Assembly (NCBI RefSeq): GCF_040396775.1
Contig: NZ_JBEBNT010000019.1
Span: 7,880 to 71,879 of the forward strand
Length of the DNA: 64,000 bases
Origin: Providencia sp.
GTDB taxonomy: Bacteria > Pseudomonadota > Gammaproteobacteria > Enterobacterales > Enterobacteriaceae
Direction of reading: 5' to 3'
In this document: in pieces, positions 1-8,809 of the stretch
Numbering within the stretch: the stretch's first letter is position 1
Layout: the number at the start of each line of letters is the position of its first letter
Position numbers and translations under genes: made by a program
The notes under the pieces: generated by a model
What the model was told of the DNA's origin: nothing
The model's input: the letters and a program-made list of their open reading frames with translations, nothing else
Database searches by the model: none

Positions 1-107
1 CTTGCTTTTCATCTGAGTAGTTTAAATTTACTCGCCAACAGACAAAATAGGATAAACACCTTAATTTAGATAAATAGCACTTTTCGTTGCCATTTCATCT
101 CAAAGGT

Positions 108-146
108 AAATAAAAAGCCAGATAGCTTTTTATTCTATCTGGCTTT
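108..146 (-). terminator. rho-independent terminator downstream of yigL
   Basis: Perfect 10-bp stem agccagatag/ctatctggct (116-125 / 135-144). On the minus strand it is followed by TTTTTATTT. Confidence 0.6.
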
Positions 147-171
147 CTACTAATGCACATACAAAAACTAA

Positions 172-984
172 TTATTTGTTGTCTAAATATTTACTTCTCA
201 AATAACGCGCTACCGCATCATCTTGGTTAGAACCGATCACTTCCATATGAGGCAATGCATCTTTTAGCAATTGATGAGCATTCTGCATGATGCAGCCTTT
301 ACCCGCTAGCGTCAGCATCTCTTTATCATTCATGCCGTCACCAAACGCAATGCTATCATGGGTTCCATAGCCATGTAATGCCGTCACTTGCTTTAACGCT
401 TCCCCTTTAGACACAGAGCCTGCCATCACTTCAAGGCAACTACGTAAGGAGAAAGTCACATGCACTTTATCTTTCCAGCGGCGCTGAATTCGCTGCTGAA
501 GATCCACCAGTAAATCATGATCTTCACTGGTGTAGTACACCTTACAGACTTCAGAAGTTGGAAAATCATGACGATCAAACAACTGATAATTAAAGACGGA
601 TTCCTTAAAAAACTCTTTTTGCTCTGGGCTTTCACGGTTAATAAACCAATCATCACCATGATAGTAGTTAGTGATGATTTCTGGATGATCAAACTCCATT
701 AAGCAGAGTTCCTCAGAGATATGAGGGTCAACATTATGCTCAAAAATCAGATCACCATTTGTATTGTGAATACGAGCACCGTTCGAAGTGATCATATAGG
801 CATCAATCCCCAGACCATCACGGATCTGTGCAACATCGATGTGATGGCGCCCCGTTGCGAATACAAACCGCACACCTTCTGTTGCCACAAGCTGCTTGAG
901 CGTATCTTTGGTGTATAACGTTAAATCATGATTGGGAGATAAAAGTGTTCCGTCCAAATCGGAAGCAACAACCGGATATTTCAT
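172..984 (-). CDS. yigL: Cof-type HAD sugar/pyridoxal phosphate phosphatase YigL
   Basis: 270 aa. N-terminal VASDLDGTLLSP and FATGRHH, ITSNGAR and GDGMNDxEML motifs are collinear with remembered E. coli YigL. Sits next to pldB as in E. coli. Confidence 0.85.
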   Translation of the reverse strand: MKYPVVASDLDGTLLSPNHDLTLYTKDTLKQLVATEGVRFVFATGRHHIDVAQIRDGLGIDAYMITSNGARIHNTNGDLIFEHNVDPHISEELCLMEFDHPEIITNYYHGDDWFINRESPEQKEFFKESVFNYQLFDRHDFPTSEVCKVYYTSEDHDLLVDLQQRIQRRWKDKVHVTFSLRSCLEVMAGSVSKGEALKQVTALHGYGTHDSIAFGDGMNDKEMLTLAGKGCIMQNAHQLLKDALPHMEVIGSNQDDAVARYLRSKYLDNK

Positions 985-1003
985 ACAGGATCCCTAACTA
1001 TGG

Positions 1004-1999
1004 CTAATACTGCTCAAAAAAATCACAAATTGCATTGAGTGCCATGGCTCTCAATGCATCTATTTCAAATAGGATTTCGTGGTGAGCCCCTTCGATAATG
1101 AGGGGTAATTTTTCTTCTCGTCCTATTTGCGCTTTTTGCCGACTTTGACAAAAAGCTTGTAGCTCTCGATTGCTGACCACCTTCTCTTCGCTCGCTTCAA
1201 GTAGCATCAGAGGGGTCTCAATCTCTCCCGCTTTCGCAACCAGCTCTTTGCCAATCGCAAAACTTTCTCGTAACCAGTGGTAAGTTGGACCACCGAGACG
1301 TAATTCAGGATAATCCGCATAGTAACGTAAGTAACGTCGATAACGTTCTTGGCTATGGGTTAATACATTGATTAAATAAGGTAATGGCTGCCACTTCCCC
1401 GTTGATACAGCGTAGTCATTTCGCACACTTCGGCGCGGTTCTGCCCGCTCAACAATAAAGCTTGCTAACCAATGGGGCATCGGTAAATTGACCCCAATCA
1501 TGGGAGCACATAATGCAGCAGCATCAAATGTCACGTTGTCTCGAAGTAAATAACCCGCGAGAATAGCTCCGCCCATTGAGTGCGCCAGTGCATAGCATTT
1601 AAGATAGTGGCGATCTCTGACCTCTAAATCAATGAATTTAGCGAAGTCATCAATGTAATCTGTAAATTTTTCAACGTGTCCTTTTTGCGGATCGGCTAAC
1701 ATACGCCCAGATCGCCCTTGTCCACGATGATCAATAATAAAAACATCAAAACCTAAATGATAAAAATCATAGGCAACTTCAGGGTATTTAACGTAACTTT
1801 CACTGCGACCTGGTGAGATAACCACCGCTTTGTGATGCTTTGCATGAATAAAACGCACATAGTGAATAGGAAGCTCATCAACACCGAGAAATTTCCCCTC
1901 TTCACGTAACTGCCAAAAATCTAAAAGCGGACCGTTGGTAAAGGCCGAAAACTCAGTTTCTCGATTTAACCAACTGGCTTTTAGACTATCTGGCGACAT
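1004..1999 (-). CDS. pldB: lysophospholipase L2
   Basis: 331 aa alpha/beta hydrolase with the AHSMGG nucleophile elbow. Lies between yigL and recQ. Confidence 0.8.
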   Translation of the reverse strand: MSPDSLKASWLNRETEFSAFTNGPLLDFWQLREEGKFLGVDELPIHYVRFIHAKHHKAVVISPGRSESYVKYPEVAYDFYHLGFDVFIIDHRGQGRSGRMLADPQKGHVEKFTDYIDDFAKFIDLEVRDRHYLKCYALAHSMGGAILAGYLLRDNVTFDAAALCAPMIGVNLPMPHWLASFIVERAEPRRSVRNDYAVSTGKWQPLPYLINVLTHSQERYRRYLRYYADYPELRLGGPTYHWLRESFAIGKELVAKAGEIETPLMLLEASEEKVVSNRELQAFCQSRQKAQIGREEKLPLIIEGAHHEILFEIDALRAMALNAICDFFEQY

Positions 2000-2008
2000 G
2001 GCGTTTCC

Positions 2009-3835
2009 TCATTCATAACCTTCTAGATGGTCTTGGATCAAGGTCATAAATGCCTCTCCAAAACGTTCTAACTTACGCTCGCCCACCCCATTGATCAGCA
2101 AGAGTTCAACCGGTTTAGTTGGGCAATGCTCTGCCATTTCAATTAACGTTGCATCATTGAAGACCACAAAAGGTGGGATATTCTCTTCATCTGCGATGGA
2201 TTTACGTAATTTACGCAATTTGGCAAACAGCTTCTTATCATAATTGCCATGGTAAATTTTGTTTTGTTGATTCCGGCTTTTGGTGACTAAAACTCGAGGA
2301 ACCGCCAACTGTAATGGCATTTCGCCTCGGAGTATCGGTCTGGCCGCTTCGGTTAACTGTAATGCTGAAAAATGGGTAATATTCTGGGTGATCATCCCTA
2401 AATGAATCAATTGGCGCAATACACTCACCCAATGTTCATTCGTGTGTTCTTTACCAATGCCATAGACTGGTAGCTTATCGTGCCCTAAATCACGGATCCG
2501 CTGATTATTCGCTCCCCGTAGCACTTCAACAATATAGCCAATACCAAAACGCTGTCCAACACGATAAATGCACGATAAAGCTTTTTGTGCATCCACTAAT
2601 CCATCATAGCGTTTTGGTGGATCGAGACAAATATCGCAGTTACCACATGGCTTTTGGCGGTTTTCACCAAAATAATTCAGTAACACCAAACGGCGACACG
2701 TTTGTGCTTCTGCAAACGCGGCGATCGCGTTCAATTTATGACGTTCAATATCCTGCTGCATTCCTGCCGGCTTTTCTTCTAAGCACCGACGCAACCATGC
2801 CATATCCGCAGGATCATAAAATAGAATAGCTTCCGCCTCGACGCCATCACGCCCTGCTCGTCCTGTCTCTTGGTAATACGCTTCAATATTACGAGGGATG
2901 TCAAAATGCGCCACAAAACGCACATTGGATTTGTTAATTCCCATCCCAAATGCGACGGTCGCCACGACAATTTGCAGGTTGTCTTTCTGAAAAGCATCTT
3001 GTACCCACTCACGCTGAGCATTTTCTAAACCCGCATGGTAGGCCGCAACACTTAAACCTCGCTTTTGTAATCTTTCTGCGGTTTCTTCCACTTTGCTACG
3101 GCTATTACAGTAAACAATACCGGACTTGCCTTTTTGAGCCTTAATGAAAAACCAGAGTTGATCTAACGGCTTATATTTTTCGACTAAAGTATAGCGAATG
3201 TTTGGTCGGTCGAAGCTGCTAACATGGATTAATGGGTCGTTCAGTTCCAATAAACGAACAATATCAGCGCGAGTAGTTTCATCGGCTGTTGCCGTCAGAG
3301 CCATCACTGGTACATTAGGTAACGCGCGGCGTAATTGACCTAATGAACGGTATTCTGGGCGAAAATCATGGCCCCATTGGGAAATACAGTGTGCTTCATC
3401 TACCGCCAGTAAGGCGATATCCCAACTCTCCAACTGTTGAATAAAATAGTCAGTCAGTAAGCGTTCTGGTGCCACATACAAGAGTTTAATTTTCCCTTGG
3501 GTGCACTGTTCCATGATTTGGCGTTGTTCGAGAGAAGTTTGCGAAGAGTTCAAACAGGCGGCTTCAACACCGTGTAATTTCAGTTGGTCGACTTGATCCT
3601 TCATCAAGGATATCAAGGGAGAAACCACCAATGTTATCCCTTGTTTCACCAAGGCTGGAACTTGATAACAGAGCGATTTTCCGCCCCCCGTAGGCATCAA
3701 TACTAAGCAATCGCGACCATCGAGGATCCCACCAATGACAGCATCTTGCCCTGGACGAAAGGATTGATAACCAAACGTGCTGTTTAGCACATTTTCAGCG
3801 AGTGAAAGTTGATTGATAACGCAAGCGGTAGACAC
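2009..3835 (-). CDS. recQ: ATP-dependent DNA helicase RecQ
   Basis: 608 aa. [29 protein letters not shown], the Zn-binding CGNCDIC and the HRDC tail are near-collinear with E. coli RecQ. Confidence 0.97.
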   Translation of the reverse strand: MSTACVINQLSLAENVLNSTFGYQSFRPGQDAVIGGILDGRDCLVLMPTGGGKSLCYQVPALVKQGITLVVSPLISLMKDQVDQLKLHGVEAACLNSSQTSLEQRQIMEQCTQGKIKLLYVAPERLLTDYFIQQLESWDIALLAVDEAHCISQWGHDFRPEYRSLGQLRRALPNVPVMALTATADETTRADIVRLLELNDPLIHVSSFDRPNIRYTLVEKYKPLDQLWFFIKAQKGKSGIVYCNSRSKVEETAERLQKRGLSVAAYHAGLENAQREWVQDAFQKDNLQIVVATVAFGMGINKSNVRFVAHFDIPRNIEAYYQETGRAGRDGVEAEAILFYDPADMAWLRRCLEEKPAGMQQDIERHKLNAIAAFAEAQTCRRLVLLNYFGENRQKPCGNCDICLDPPKRYDGLVDAQKALSCIYRVGQRFGIGYIVEVLRGANNQRIRDLGHDKLPVYGIGKEHTNEHWVSVLRQLIHLGMITQNITHFSALQLTEAARPILRGEMPLQLAVPRVLVTKSRNQQNKIYHGNYDKKLFAKLRKLRKSIADEENIPPFVVFNDATLIEMAEHCPTKPVELLLINGVGERKLERFGEAFMTLIQDHLEGYE

Positions 3836-3859
3836 GAATTTCCTCTAGAGGTTGAAACA

Positions 3860-3886
3860 AATAGCTGCCCGAAAAGAGCAGCTATT
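3860..3886 (-). terminator. hairpin/terminator downstream of pldA
   Basis: 9-bp stem aatagctgc/gcagctatt. On the minus strand it is followed by a moderately U-rich tgtttcaac. Confidence 0.4.
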
Positions 3887-3927
3887 GGCAAGATATTACC
3901 TTGAATTGACCGGAATGTCTGCCCAGA

Positions 3928-4821
3928 TCACATGATATCGTTCAGCATAACACCGATACCAAAACGCGTTTGACGGTAGTTATAGTCTATCATCGACTCA
4001 CCATAACCACTAAACAGTTGGGTATAAAGGCGCACATGTTTCGTCATCGGGTAGCTCCATCCCAACTCTGCATTGCCATAACCAGAGTTCCAGTTATAGT
4101 GTCCTGCTACCGAAATTACACTTTCGCCAAGGTCATAGCCCACTTTGACGCGATAATAACCAAGGTATTTATTGATATCTGGGTTGTCATCACTGCTTTC
4201 GCTTTCAGGAATGCGGTACCACGGTTTTAACTCAACTTGCCAATCCCCTTTTTGTGCCATCGCTCGGGCATAAACTCGATTCCAGCTACGAGATGTAGGA
4301 TCTGAACGACCGTTCGACTCGTGGTTAAAACCTGTTTCAAACTCACGTAACGTCCAGCCAGCAAATTGGTTATCTAGCGCCCAGCCCACAAAAATTTGGG
4401 GTTGATAGTTGGTTTCACGAAATGGTGAAGATTCTTTCTTGTTACTTAGTTGCCACCAAGAACGCTGAGTATAAGAGGCGGCGAGCACTGAGTTTTCCCC
4501 TGCGATGCCACGCCAAATTGGAAATGCCAAACTCAATTGGAATTTCACTTCATCGTTAAGCGCATCATTCCCCCAATCATAGCTCGCGATGGCTTTTTTA
4601 TTCATCGACGAAGTATAGGTATAAATGATGTAGTTAGGTTCGTAAGGATATAAAACAAAGGGGTTATCATAATTTTGCAGTAACCCAGAAATAATACTTC
4701 CGCGAACGGGGGTATGATTTGCTGCATCCTGCTGTGCCGGTTCTTCGGTATTATCAGATGCAAAGAGTGAAACAGACCAGAAACAGAGCACAGAACTCAA
4801 CAACATTTGTAAAGCGCGCAT
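3928..4821 (-). CDS. pldA: outer-membrane phospholipase A
   Basis: 297 aa with a signal peptide. The HxSNG active-site region (FNHESNGRSDPTSRSWNR) and YTQ...GYGESMIDYN tail are as in OMPLA. Confidence 0.92.
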   Translation of the reverse strand: MRALQMLLSSVLCFWSVSLFASDNTEEPAQQDAANHTPVRGSIISGLLQNYDNPFVLYPYEPNYIIYTYTSSMNKKAIASYDWGNDALNDEVKFQLSLAFPIWRGIAGENSVLAASYTQRSWWQLSNKKESSPFRETNYQPQIFVGWALDNQFAGWTLREFETGFNHESNGRSDPTSRSWNRVYARAMAQKGDWQVELKPWYRIPESESSDDNPDINKYLGYYRVKVGYDLGESVISVAGHYNWNSGYGNAELGWSYPMTKHVRLYTQLFSGYGESMIDYNYRQTRFGIGVMLNDIM

Positions 4822-4973
4822 TTGCCATTCCTATTTCAACAGCAGTGAAAAAAAATTTGTCTCATTTTACACCGAAACATGATTAACCGTTGAAAGATTA
4901 TTCATTTGTTTTCTAGATATTAGCACATACATAATGTTAACTTATGATTAACATCATAGACAAGGATCCTAAA

Positions 4974-5444
4974 ATGAATGACCGCATCTATACCTTCGAA
5001 GAAGCCAGTAAATTTATGAGTGATGCTTTTATCTACAAAATGCCATTTAATCAACTGCTTGGGATTGAGCTTTTGCAAATGACGGATGACTTAGTTCAAT
5101 TGTCCGTAAAAAATCGCCCTGAACTTATTGGAAATTTTACCCAAAATATTCTGCATGGCGGTGTTATTGCATCCCTGTTAGATGTGGCAGGAGGCATGGT
5201 CTGTATCAATCGGATCCTACAACGCATTGACACTCTCACATATCAAGATATTGCAGATAAGATGTCAAAGATGGGCACTATCGACTTACGCGTTGACTAC
5301 TTACGTCCTGGTCGTGGTGATGTATTTATTGCGAGCGCCAGCTTACTCCGTGATGGCAATAAAATAGCAGTAACTCGCAGTGAATTGCACAATGAAAAAA
5401 ACCAACATATTGCGACGGCAACGGCGACTTATTTAATCGGATGA
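4974..5444 (+). CDS. yigI: PaaI/YigI-type hotdog-fold thioesterase
   Basis: The ORF opens at 4944, but the ATG at 4974 has AAGGA 7 nt upstream and gives 156 aa (E. coli YigI is about 155 aa). LHGGVIASxLDVAGG and GTIDLRVDYLRPGRG are conserved. Confidence 0.85.
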   Translation: MNDRIYTFEEASKFMSDAFIYKMPFNQLLGIELLQMTDDLVQLSVKNRPELIGNFTQNILHGGVIASLLDVAGGMVCINRILQRIDTLTYQDIADKMSKMGTIDLRVDYLRPGRGDVFIASASLLRDGNKIAVTRSELHNEKNQHIATATATYLIG

Positions 5445-5593
5445 AACACCCCAATAAATAATTAATAACCTCATTAACTAATAGCTTGTAAAAAAACCTG
5501 AGCAATGTCACATTAATGGCATCACACATCGAACCATCCGCTTTCTTGGTTTCGATCTCTCAGTTTGACTTTATATCAATTTCAGAGCTATTC

Positions 5594-6487
5594 ATGAGCC
5601 AACAAAATACTACCAAAGGCGTGTTATGTGCCTTAGGCGCTTATTTTATTTGGGGTGTTGCTCCCATTTATTTTAAATCTATTAAAGAAGTTCCAGCCGA
5701 AGAAATTTTGACTCACCGGATTATTTGGTCATTTTTCTTTATGCTGCTACTGCTCACTATTTCACGCCATTGGAGTTATTTCCGCCAAGTATTAAAACAA
5801 CCTAAAAAAATCTTAGTCTTAGGTGTCACTGCGGTAACAATTGCGTCTAACTGGTTGATTTACATCTGGGCAGTAAATAATGGTCATATGCTACAAGCCA
5901 GCTTAGGATACTTTATCAACCCTCTGGTTAACGTACTGTTTGGTATGCTATTTTTGCATGAACGTTTTCGTAGAATGCAATGGGTCGCGGTTGGACTAGC
6001 ATTGACGGGCGTGTTAATTCAGCTATGGCAGTTTGGCTCTGTGCCTATCATTGGGTTAAGTCTTGCGGTGACATTTGCAACCTACGGATTATTACGCAAA
6101 AAATTGGGGGTTGATGCCCAAACAGGCATGACATTTGAAACCTTATGGTTACTACCTGTTGGTATCATTTTCTTATTGTTCTTTGCAGATAGTCCTACAA
6201 GTGACATGACGATGAACAGTTGGCATTTAAATATCCTCTTAATTGCCGCAGGGATTATCACCACTGTTCCATTGTTGCTATTTACTGAAGCTGCCAATCA
6301 TTTAAGGCTATCAACATTGGGCTTTTTCCAGTATTTAGGTCCAAGCATTATGTTCTTACTGGCCGTCTTTATGTATGGTGAAGTGATGACCCAAGAACTG
6401 CTCATCACATTTGGCTTTATCTGGGTTGCATTAATTTTATTTACTTTAGATGCGTTATATACACAGCAGAAGCTTAGAAGAAAATAA
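5594..6487 (+). CDS. rarD: EamA/DMT-family transporter RarD
   Basis: Multi-TM protein. The track ORF starts at 5516, but the ATG at 5594 (MSQQNTTKGV...) gives 297 aa as in E. coli RarD. Adjacent to yigI. Confidence 0.85.
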   Translation: MSQQNTTKGVLCALGAYFIWGVAPIYFKSIKEVPAEEILTHRIIWSFFFMLLLLTISRHWSYFRQVLKQPKKILVLGVTAVTIASNWLIYIWAVNNGHMLQASLGYFINPLVNVLFGMLFLHERFRRMQWVAVGLALTGVLIQLWQFGSVPIIGLSLAVTFATYGLLRKKLGVDAQTGMTFETLWLLPVGIIFLLFFADSPTSDMTMNSWHLNILLIAAGIITTVPLLLFTEAANHLRLSTLGFFQYLGPSIMFLLAVFMYGEVMTQELLITFGFIWVALILFTLDALYTQQKLRRK

Positions 6488-6501
6488 CATTTAATTTTTC
6501 C

Positions 6502-6527
6502 TATTATGGGCATTCGTGCCCATAATA
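6502..6527 (+). terminator. hairpin after rarD (weak terminator)
   Basis: 11-bp stem tattatgggca/tgcccataata with a ttcg loop. There is no clean T-run after it. Confidence 0.4.
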
Positions 6528-6894
6528 TCGGACTTAAATTAGTGCTAACACGCTAATTATATTATTTTGTTTATATAGGTTTCATTTAATGGAACTAGAA
6601 AGATTAAATTATTTTATATAAATAAGTGATTTTTATTAAAATTCAATTTAACTTTTTATCATTTTTATCCCGTTTTCAACCTCTTTAAAGCAAACCCGTT
6701 TTATTCTTTTATTTCAATAAATTACAAATATTTTAATCACTTGATTTTAGATAAAAAATGATTCATATTTAACTTACATTAAATTCTACGTTATTTATTT
6801 ACCTTTCAAACATCAACTCGTTGAAATAAAACAGTATATTTATTTATTGAAATAAATGATTGCTTAATAGGAGCTTGATAATTATATTGTACGC

Positions 6895-7021
6895 CGCTTG
6901 TATTCACCCCAGCGGATGGTAATGGTCCGATTCATTACTGACGTTTCATTAAAGTGCGCACGATGACAGTGATTTTATATTCTGTCCTGGTGCGAGGTTT
7001 TCTGAAATTGAATACAAAGCG
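6895..7021 (+). promoter_or_regulatory. candidate structured 5' leader (three-helix fold) upstream of the permease-amidohydrolase pair
   Basis: The closing helix pairs 6895-6906 with 7009-7021 (9 bp, a 1-nt bulge, then 3 bp). It encloses hairpin gtaatg/cattac (6919-6924 / 6933-6938). It also encloses the bipartite stem cgcac..gacag / ctgtc..gtgcg (6957-6969 / 6982-6994). No known riboswitch class was recognised. Confidence 0.3.
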
Positions 7022-7173
7022 TCTACCACATACCTAATTCAATAATTAACGTATGTAAAAAACAAGACATGTAGTGCTATAGCTGAAGTTATATGGCTGC
7101 ATTTTTAGGTTCACTCGGCCTGTGTATTCAGACAGAGTTAACGTTGTTAAGGGCTTTTGGGAAGGGCTTCAAA

Positions 7174-8547
7174 ATGCAACAGAATACCGTTCAAATGAAA
7201 CGTGTACTGACCACCCCTGCGTTAGTGTTTTTCGGGCTTGCCTATATGGTACCGCTCGGGATTTTTACCACCTATGGACAAGTTACTGTATTAAGTGAAG
7301 GCCACCTGCCTATCGCTTATTTAATTACACTTGCTGCTGTCTTCTTTACAGCCATGAGCTATTGCCGCATGACCAGCGCACTCCCACTTTCTGGGTCTGC
7401 CTATTCATATGTGCAAAAAACCTTTGGCGGCACTCTTGGATTTCTTGTTGGTTGGGCACAACTACTGGATTATCTATTTCTTCCGATTATTAACTACATT
7501 GCCATTGGGATCTTTGTCCACGAAGCACTCCCCAATATCCCAATGCCAGTGATAATCTGCTCAACCATTGCGATTGTTAGCATCATGAACATTCTGGGTA
7601 TCAAACTGGTATCTTGGATGAATATGCTGATTATTCTGATGCAATTTGTGTTTATCGCCATCTTCTTATACATCTGCTTCCAAAATGCCTATGTTTTAGA
7701 TGTCGAAGCACTAATGGCGCCATTAACGGTGATGTCATCACAAGTATCAGGGCTCTTCGCCGGTGCTGCGGTACTGTGCTTAGCCTTCTTAGGCTTTGAT
7801 GCTATTTCGACGATGGCAGAAGAGACTAAAGATGCTCGTCGTGCTTTACCAAAAGCCATTTTATATACCGTATTTATCGCGGGAGCGATGTTCATTGCTA
7901 TCTCTTACGGCGCACACTTAATGTACCCGGTATGGCAAGACTTTATCCCGAACACCGATGTTGCCAGTATTGCAGTGATGCAACAAGTGGGCGATAAAAT
8001 GAAGTGGATCGGCGCATCCTTAATGGCATCAAGCTTTATTACCGCTTATGTTATTGGTGTATTTGCTTCCGCAATGACATCTCAAGCCAGTATTGTGCGT
8101 ATTTTCTATGCTATGGGTCGTGAAGGTGTGCTACCGCGTTCTATCTTTGCCTATTTACATCCACGCCTGAATACACCGGTATATTCCATTATTTTTGTGG
8201 CGGTAGCTTCGCTGCTGTCTCTTGTGCTATCTCTTAGCATGGTTGCCTCCATGATAAGCTTCGGTGCACTGATCGCCTTTACCTTCGTGAATTTATCGGT
8301 CATTAAACATTTCTATATTGACCGTAAAGCTTCCTTGGATAATACCAAACTGCTCACGTGTTTGATTATGCCATCGATTGGGGTTGTTTTAACCTTGTGG
8401 TTATGGACAAGCCTAGATGCAGAAGCCTTTACAGTGGGTTTATGTTGGTTAGCCGCAGGTGCAGGTTATCTCACTTTATTAACCCATGGTTTTACTCGTC
8501 GTCCGCCTGCTATATCCGATGCCGAGACTGAGATGATTATCAATTAA
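7174..8547 (+). CDS. APC-superfamily amino acid/polyamine permease (PuuP/PlaP-like)
   Basis: About 12 TM segments. GSAYSYVQK, GWAQLLDYLFLP and FGALIAFTFVNLSV resemble the remembered E. coli PuuP. The track ORF starts at 7093, but the ATG at 7174 follows GAAGGG by 7 nt. Confidence 0.8.
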   Translation: MQQNTVQMKRVLTTPALVFFGLAYMVPLGIFTTYGQVTVLSEGHLPIAYLITLAAVFFTAMSYCRMTSALPLSGSAYSYVQKTFGGTLGFLVGWAQLLDYLFLPIINYIAIGIFVHEALPNIPMPVIICSTIAIVSIMNILGIKLVSWMNMLIILMQFVFIAIFLYICFQNAYVLDVEALMAPLTVMSSQVSGLFAGAAVLCLAFLGFDAISTMAEETKDARRALPKAILYTVFIAGAMFIAISYGAHLMYPVWQDFIPNTDVASIAVMQQVGDKMKWIGASLMASSFITAYVIGVFASAMTSQASIVRIFYAMGREGVLPRSIFAYLHPRLNTPVYSIIFVAVASLLSLVLSLSMVASMISFGALIAFTFVNLSVIKHFYIDRKASLDNTKLLTCLIMPSIGVVLTLWLWTSLDAEAFTVGLCWLAAGAGYLTLLTHGFTRRPPAISDAETEMIIN

Positions 8548-8571
8548 TTTTCCCAGTACCTTTCGTTGATT

Positions 8572-8759
8572 ATGGGGAAGCTTATCTTCCCCATTGAGGT
8601 TGTTGACAAAGCAGGATAAAAACGTCGTTTTTCCTGCTTTGTGTTATCAGCCGAAAATCAATGAATTGATTTTCCTAATTATTTTCAAAACCTATTCAAC
8701 CTGCCACCAAACCTAGCCGGTTTGTCAGCAGTCTGTATGGGGAAGTATATCTTCCCCAT
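8572..8759. repeat. structured intergenic repeat element, copy A, bracketed by a duplicated 23-bp hairpin
   Basis: atggggaag-N5-cttccccat occurs at 8572-8594 and again at 8737-8759. The core of about 140 bp aligns with 18078-18217 (tgacaaag..ctttgtgttat..cgaaaatcaat..tgattttcct..ttattttca). Confidence 0.75.
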
Positions 8760-8768
8760 TATTTTTTT
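8737..8768 (+). terminator. rho-independent terminator (right-hand hairpin copy plus T7 run)
   Basis: 9-bp stem atggggaag/cttccccat followed by tattttttt. Confidence 0.6.
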
Positions 8769-8809
8769 GGTTCTGGCTCCTTAGGAGCCCCTGATACAGA
8801 CGGTTTACG

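Noticed and set aside
6895-7021. Assignment of the structured leader to a known riboswitch class (purine, guanidine-I/ykkC, lysine, TPP)
   Set aside because: GGUCCGA superficially recalls ykkC, but here it sits in a hairpin loop and the other conserved ykkC blocks are absent. The element is too long and lacks the junction nucleotides of purine aptamers. No class could be supported.
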